DNA of 40,845 nt, taken from a virus. Its lineage: Duplodnaviria; Caudoviricetes. The stretch spans positions 1 to 40,845 of the IMG/VR virus record IMGVR_UViG_3300032216_001937. One strand, given 5' to 3'. This document shows, one piece after another, positions 36,071 to 40,845 of this stretch. The position numbers and the translations under genes are program-made. Each line of letters starts with the position of its first letter. Within the stretch, counting starts at the first letter, position 1. Below the pieces are notes generated by a model. That model ran no database searches, was not told where the DNA came from, and was given only the letters and a program-made list of their open reading frames with translations.

Positions 36071-36074
36071 CGCC

Positions 36075-36419
36075 ATGCTTGCAGCAAACTTTTTAGCCGG
36101 AAGTAATTTCTGGTTTAACTACATTGCGGCTATTGGTTTTGCTTCAGCAACCATTTGGGCAGCCATTACCTTTGTTCACCGTAGGTGGATTAGGCAGGTT
36201 ACCGAACTTGTTGGAAAAGAATTAGACGCCGAATTTACTAACAAAATTGCAGAAGAGGTAAAAGAAATTCACTACGAAACTCAGTCAAACGGCGGTGGAA
36301 GTATGAAAGATTCACTCGCACGTATTGAGCGCAACCAAGAAGAGTTGCAACGTTACATTCAAAAAGTTGACAAAGCGCTAGAGCGCCACTTGGGCTATCA
36401 CGAAGGGGCCGATGAATAA
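36075..36419 (+). CDS. holin-like/lysis-associated membrane protein
   Basis: One TM helix then NGG.SMKD...RIE coiled coil, typical of actinophage lysis cassettes; start placed at ATG 36075. Confidence 0.65.
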   Translation: MLAANFLAGSNFWFNYIAAIGFASATIWAAITFVHRRWIRQVTELVGKELDAEFTNKIAEEVKEIHYETQSNGGGSMKDSLARIERNQEELQRYIQKVDKALERHLGYHEGADE

Positions 36420-36779
36420 ATGGCAAAGCACTGGGAGTTCCATCCATCCGTACGAACGGGTAAGGATAGAACCCTGGGGGAACGAGCCGCAGACAAAATG
36501 CGGATGGGAATGGGTACTTGGACGTTTTTAATAACGTTCCTAATTGCAATGGGGTTTTGGATTACAACAGGTGGTTTGGGTTTTGACCCAGCACCGTTTT
36601 TCAGATTGAATCTCATGCTTTCAATGCTTGCAGGACTACAAGGTTCAGTTCTTTTAGTTGCAGCCAAACGCGCCGACAAAATTTCGGCAGAATTACAAAC
36701 TTACCATCTTAAAGTAAGCCAAGAAATGGCACAAATGATGGAAGACCACCGAAAAATGTTACAGGAGTTATCTAAGTGA
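36420..36779 (+). CDS. DUF1003-like membrane protein
   Basis: TLGERAAD....G.W.F...FDP.PF..LNL.LS..A..Q. Confidence 0.8.
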   Translation: MAKHWEFHPSVRTGKDRTLGERAADKMRMGMGTWTFLITFLIAMGFWITTGGLGFDPAPFFRLNLMLSMLAGLQGSVLLVAAKRADKISAELQTYHLKVSQEMAQMMEDHRKMLQELSK

Positions 36780-37126
36780 TAGGCATTGCTTTACTTGCAG
36801 GAATCTGCATGATTATTCAAGACTCGCTTGCGGTCATTAAATATCAAGCAGCGGCAAGAAATCGAGGTGCAATTGTTGCAGGTGCAGATGTAATCATTTG
36901 GGTTTTCTCAATTACCTGCACAACTATTGCTGCTTTTGCACTTCACGGACACAGTATGTCAGCCAAAATTGCTGTTGTTGTCTGTGTTTCAATTGCAAAT
37001 GTTGTTGGAAACTTACTTGGAACTTACCTTGGAAAAAGGTTTGTTAAAGATATAGAAGAAGACGCTCAAGATGCTCGTTTAAAAGCACTTGAAGACCGTG
37101 TAATCGTTTTAGAAACTAAAGGATAA
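36776..37126 (+). CDS. multi-pass membrane protein
   Basis: Three hydrophobic helices, G...GTY.G motif, C-terminal coiled coil. Confidence 0.7.
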   Translation: MIGIALLAGICMIIQDSLAVIKYQAAARNRGAIVAGADVIIWVFSITCTTIAAFALHGHSMSAKIAVVVCVSIANVVGNLLGTYLGKRFVKDIEEDAQDARLKALEDRVIVLETKG

Positions 37127-37129
37127 TTA

Positions 37130-37864
37130 ATGGCCGAACGCATTGCAGGACTTAGGGGCAAGGCCCCAGCAGAAAAAGTAGCAATGGGTACCCTTGAACA
37201 TTACATCAAGGGTCCAATGTTTAACCCACCACGCTCTCTTGATTATTCAAACAAAGTAAAAAATTACCCAATGGCGCTTAACGACACCTATGGTGACTGT
37301 ACCATTGCTGGCGTTATTCACATGCTTCAACTTGTCTATGCAGAAATTGGTGAAGAGTTTGTTTACCCCGGCGATGAAGCCGTAAAAGAAGCATACTTTC
37401 AATTAAGCGGCGGTTCTGACTCCGGACTTGTAGAACGTTCTGTTCTTCAAACATGGATGAAAGATGGACTTTTTGGCAACAAAATTTCTGCATACGCTCC
37501 AGTAAACATTAAAAACCGCAATGAAATGATGGCGGCAATTTACCTTTTTGGTTCTGTTTATCTTGGTGTAGAAATGCCACCAAACGCTGAGACACAATTT
37601 GAACAACACGAACCATGGCACATTGTTAATTTTCCAGAAGAACCTTCTGGTGGTCATTGTGTTATTGCTACTGGATACAATCGTTTTGGAATAGACATTA
37701 TTACCTGGGGAGCAACTGAGTCTATGACTTGGGGTTGGTGGGAAGCCTATGGCTCAGAAGCCTGGGTTGTTATTCCCGAAATTTTTGTTGAAGCCGACCA
37801 CGGCCCTGTATGGAACATTGACATACTTGCACTACAAGAGGACTTAAAATATCTTGACAACTGA
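37130..37864 (+). CDS. papain-like (C1-related) cysteine peptidase
   Basis: ND.YGDCT.A catalytic Cys, GGHCV...GY catalytic His, ITWG. Confidence 0.8.
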   Translation: MAERIAGLRGKAPAEKVAMGTLEHYIKGPMFNPPRSLDYSNKVKNYPMALNDTYGDCTIAGVIHMLQLVYAEIGEEFVYPGDEAVKEAYFQLSGGSDSGLVERSVLQTWMKDGLFGNKISAYAPVNIKNRNEMMAAIYLFGSVYLGVEMPPNAETQFEQHEPWHIVNFPEEPSGGHCVIATGYNRFGIDIITWGATESMTWGWWEAYGSEAWVVIPEIFVEADHGPVWNIDILALQEDLKYLDN

Positions 37865-38375
37865 TATTCAACCACCGCAACATGGCGATGCCGTATTTGC
37901 GCACACATCAAATTTTTATGGATGGATTATTCGTTTAGGCCAAGCAATTCGTTGGTGGAAATATCGTTCATGGAACCACATGGCCTACGTTGACTCTGTT
38001 GACGAAGACGGTCAAGTATGGGTTTTGCAAATGGCTCGACGTTGTGAGCGTGTAAAAATTGAAAATGTTGCTCCAAAAGGACACGTTAAAATTATTCCCT
38101 GCCCACCAGATGTAAACCGAGAAATGGCAACAAAGTATGCCAGAAATCTTATTGGTACAAAATATGGCGTATTGACAATTTTCAGTATTGCAATAAATCT
38201 TTTTATGCCAGACAAACTTCGCCTTGACATTCGACAAGACGATACACTTATCTGCTCAGGCTTTGTTGCTCGAGCATGGGAGCACGGTGGCTGGAATTGC
38301 CCCGTTGACCCTTTTCAAATAACCCCTGCTGAGTTTGACAAACTTCTTGGCGGCGGCGGAACAAAAATCTACTAA
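37854..38375 (+). CDS. permuted NlpC/P60 (YiiX/YebB-like) enzyme
   Basis: GD.VF, WNHMA His preceding G.KY and LICSGFVA Cys, terminal TP. Confidence 0.8.
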   Translation: MTTDIQPPQHGDAVFAHTSNFYGWIIRLGQAIRWWKYRSWNHMAYVDSVDEDGQVWVLQMARRCERVKIENVAPKGHVKIIPCPPDVNREMATKYARNLIGTKYGVLTIFSIAINLFMPDKLRLDIRQDDTLICSGFVARAWEHGGWNCPVDPFQITPAEFDKLLGGGGTKIY

Positions 38376-38383
38376 GGAATAAC

Positions 38384-40845
38384 ATGGCCTATCCAGACAA
38401 GACAACGCCCCGCTCCTATGGTGGTTCAGTACCACCGGCATATATAACATCAGACATTCCGGCCTATTACACAACAGGTCAAACAATCACCATTTCTAAT
38501 GCCGCTGGTTGGTATGAAATTGATGACACGGGACATGAAACTATTGACCCACTGGGTACAAGTGGTCCCTTTATTGTTGCTGTTAACATGGGGCAAATTA
38601 ACGAAGAAAAGATTCTTTGTTCAGATATAAACATTGCCGATTCGGTTATTACGGTCTGGACAGATGGTACTTTAAATGGTCGTGGTTACGACGGAACTAT
38701 TATTTCCACCCACAACCACCAAAAAACACAAACAAAAACTGCTGACATTTTTCACGTTTTTGGAGCCATTGAATTTCTTCAGTTTAACGAAGGTATTATT
38801 GCCGCTCTTCAAGGTGGTCAAGGTGGACAGGGCGCACAGGGTTACCAAGGTGCGCAGGGTTCTGCTGGTACACAAGGACCTCAAGGAGTTCCCGGAACGG
38901 GCACACAGGGGCCTCAGGGAGCCGCTGGAACAGGCTCACAAGGTGCACAGGGCGCACAGGGTGAACCAGGTACCGGTGGCGGTGCTCAAGGTTTGCAAGG
39001 TTATCAAGGTGCTGACGGTGCGCAGGGTCCTCAAGGAGACTTGGGGCCACAAGGTAACGACGGTGCTCAGGGTACGCAGGGTAATGATGGTCCACAGGGC
39101 ACACAAGGTATCGTTGGTGCCTCATTCCCAACTTACTTAGCAGTAATTAATTCACCAGATGGAATTGCAACAGATGGAAGTTTTGTAAATCAAACTGCAA
39201 CATTTACTGTTACTGATGGGCCAGACGCATATGTGTCTCCAAATCGTGTAACCCTTATTGTTAGTGGTGGGTCATGTTCTTACACGGGTTACATCTCAGA
39301 TGTAATTCTTGGTGTTGGAACAACTACATTTCAAGTTTATATTGATGGCTACACAGGTACAAATAGTGGAGACCAAATTAATTGGTACATGTCTCTATCT
39401 GGTATTCAAGGTATTCAGGGCGCTCAAGGAAATGATGGCGCTCAAGGTTCACAGGGCAACGATGGAAATCAAGGACCACAAGGCGACCTTGGACCACAAG
39501 GAAACGATGGCTCTCAGGGTTCACAAGGTTCTGATGGAGCACAAGGTGCTCAAGGAGACTTTGGCCCTCAAGGAAATGATGGAGCACAAGGCTCTACTGG
39601 ACCAGGATTCTATTACTTAAGCGATTATGTATCAGGACATGGATACGTTCCGGGCGCTGTTGTAAAAGGTTCAAATGACAATCTTTACATTGCAACTGGA
39701 AGTGGTGAACTAGGCGACCCCGCTACAGGAGCACCTGGATGGGAAATTTATTTACCCAAAGGTGTTCAAGGACCACAAGGCGATTCTGGAACTGGTGGTG
39801 GTTCACAAGGGCCACAAGGAAATGATGGCGCTCAAGGTGCTCAGGGTAATGACGGTGCTCAAGGCGTTCAGGGCGACTTTGGCCCTCAAGGAAATGATGG
39901 GTCACAGGGCGCACAGGGTAACGATGGTAACCAAGGTGCGCAAGGTAACGACGGAGCACAGGGTGCCCAAGGTTATCAAGGACAGGCTGACAAATACGCG
40001 ACTTACAGTGCTGCTTATACAAGCATTCCAACAACTTTCCCATTCACAGACGACATTAGCGTCAATGGCGGACTTGCTTATTCGGCAGGACAGGGAATTG
40101 TTATTGCAATCAGTGGTACTGACTACGCAGTTGCAGTTGTAAACACCTACGACGCTGTTACTGGAATTCTTAACTTTACCATTTCCGCTTCAACAGATGT
40201 TCACGGAAATCCTTTTCAGGGTTTTTCATGGGGCTACGCAGTCAACCTAGATGGCGCTGTTGGTGCTCAAGGAACTCAGGGATATCAAGGTGACCAAGGA
40301 CCGCAGGGTAACGATGGCTCACAAGGCTCACAAGGCTCACAAGGAAATGATGGAGCCCAGGGTTCTCAAGGACCGCAAGGCACAGACGCACTATGGAACT
40401 TTAGTGGACCATACCACCCTGGTCTTATTTACACCACAGGCGACGTTGTTACGTACGAAGGTCAAACTTGGTATCGTTTAATTTACGGCGCATCGGGAAG
40501 AACACCGGGCGACAATATTTGGTGGACACTTGTTGCTGCCGAAGGAAATCAAGGCGCACAAGGTGCTACTGGTGACCCAGGAATTTACGAATCAGCAGAC
40601 GGTGTTCCACCGGTCAACGAAGATATTCTTTGGCTTGATGAAACTGTTCCTGGTTATGCTGGTCCACAAGGTTACCAGGGAACACAAGGTATTCAAGGAG
40701 CGCGCGGTTACCAAGGTTCTGTTGGTGCACAAGGTGCTAATGGAACAAACGGTACGAATGGCGCACAAGGTTCTCAAGGGACTCAAGGACTTCAAGGTTC
40801 AACTGGTTCACAGGGTTCACAAGGAAATGCGGGAACACAAGGAGC
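38384..40845 (+). CDS. large collagen-like fibre protein, runs off the window
   Basis: Not in ORF track because no stop falls in the window. TAAGGA RBS; MAYPDKTTPRSYGG...EEKILC...RGYDGT...H, then G-X-Q blocks alternating with globular domains; same frame checked at several points up to 40845. Confidence 0.9.
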   Translation, partial: MAYPDKTTPRSYGGSVPPAYITSDIPAYYTTGQTITISNAAGWYEIDDTGHETIDPLGTSGPFIVAVNMGQINEEKILCSDINIADSVITVWTDGTLNGRGYDGTIISTHNHQKTQTKTADIFHVFGAIEFLQFNEGIIAALQGGQGGQGAQGYQGAQGSAGTQGPQGVPGTGTQGPQGAAGTGSQGAQGAQGEPGTGGGAQGLQGYQGADGAQGPQGDLGPQGNDGAQGTQGNDGPQGTQGIVGASFPTYLAVINSPDGIATDGSFVNQTATFTVTDGPDAYVSPNRVTLIVSGGSCSYTGYISDVILGVGTTTFQVYIDGYTGTNSGDQINWYMSLSGIQGIQGAQGNDGAQGSQGNDGNQGPQGDLGPQGNDGSQGSQGSDGAQGAQGDFGPQGNDGAQGSTGPGFYYLSDYVSGHGYVPGAVVKGSNDNLYIATGSGELGDPATGAPGWEIYLPKGVQGPQGDSGTGGGSQGPQGNDGAQGAQGNDGAQGVQGDFGPQGNDGSQGAQGNDGNQGAQGNDGAQGAQGYQGQADKYATYSAAYTSIPTTFPFTDDISVNGGLAYSAGQGIVIAISGTDYAVAVVNTYDAVTGILNFTISASTDVHGNPFQGFSWGYAVNLDGAVGAQGTQGYQGDQGPQGNDGSQGSQGSQGNDGAQGSQGPQGTDALWNFSGPYHPGLIYTTGDVVTYEGQTWYRLIYGASGRTPGDNIWWTLVAAEGNQGAQGATGDPGIYESADGVPPVNEDILWLDETVPGYAGPQGYQGTQGIQGARGYQGSVGAQGANGTNGTNGAQGSQGTQGLQGSTGSQGSQGNAGTQG

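Noticed and set aside
1-40845. Stop-codon reassignment
   Set aside because: TAA, TAG and TGA all end genes, coding density is high in the standard code, and neither tRNA is a suppressor.

Overview
A 40.8-kb slice of a tailed dsDNA phage genome with a contractile tail (myovirus morphotype). The host is probably a low-GC actinobacterium; this is inferred from gene families and leaderless-type promoters. The left ~5 kb is a minus-strand accessory arm: two paralogous 2OG-Fe(II) oxygenases, a string of translationally coupled micro-membrane proteins, a PnuC-like protein, GroES, a nucleotide-modification-associated protein, a dUTPase-fold-like protein, and an HNH nuclease wedged between tRNA-Asn and tRNA-Gln. 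After a divergent promoter pair at ~5.0 kb everything is on the plus strand: resolvase, TerL, portal, a very basic protamine-like protein, a multidomain protease/scaffold, major capsid protein, neck genes, sheath, tube, a frameshifted tail chaperone, tape measure, a baseplate module interrupted by a glycosyltransferase-methyltransferase, tail fibre, a 36-Cys adhesin-like protein, a lysis cluster with three papain-fold enzymes, and a long collagen-like fibre running off the window. The most unusual signals are the tRNA-punctuated HNH gene, an attenuator-like structure linking the chaperone frameshift to tape-measure transcription, a collagen-stalked central spike that shares a docking domain with the tail fibre, a mirror-symmetric Cys-rich knob adhesin, and a candidate collagen/virion glycosylation-hydroxylation system. 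Family names come from motif recognition by eye, not database searches.
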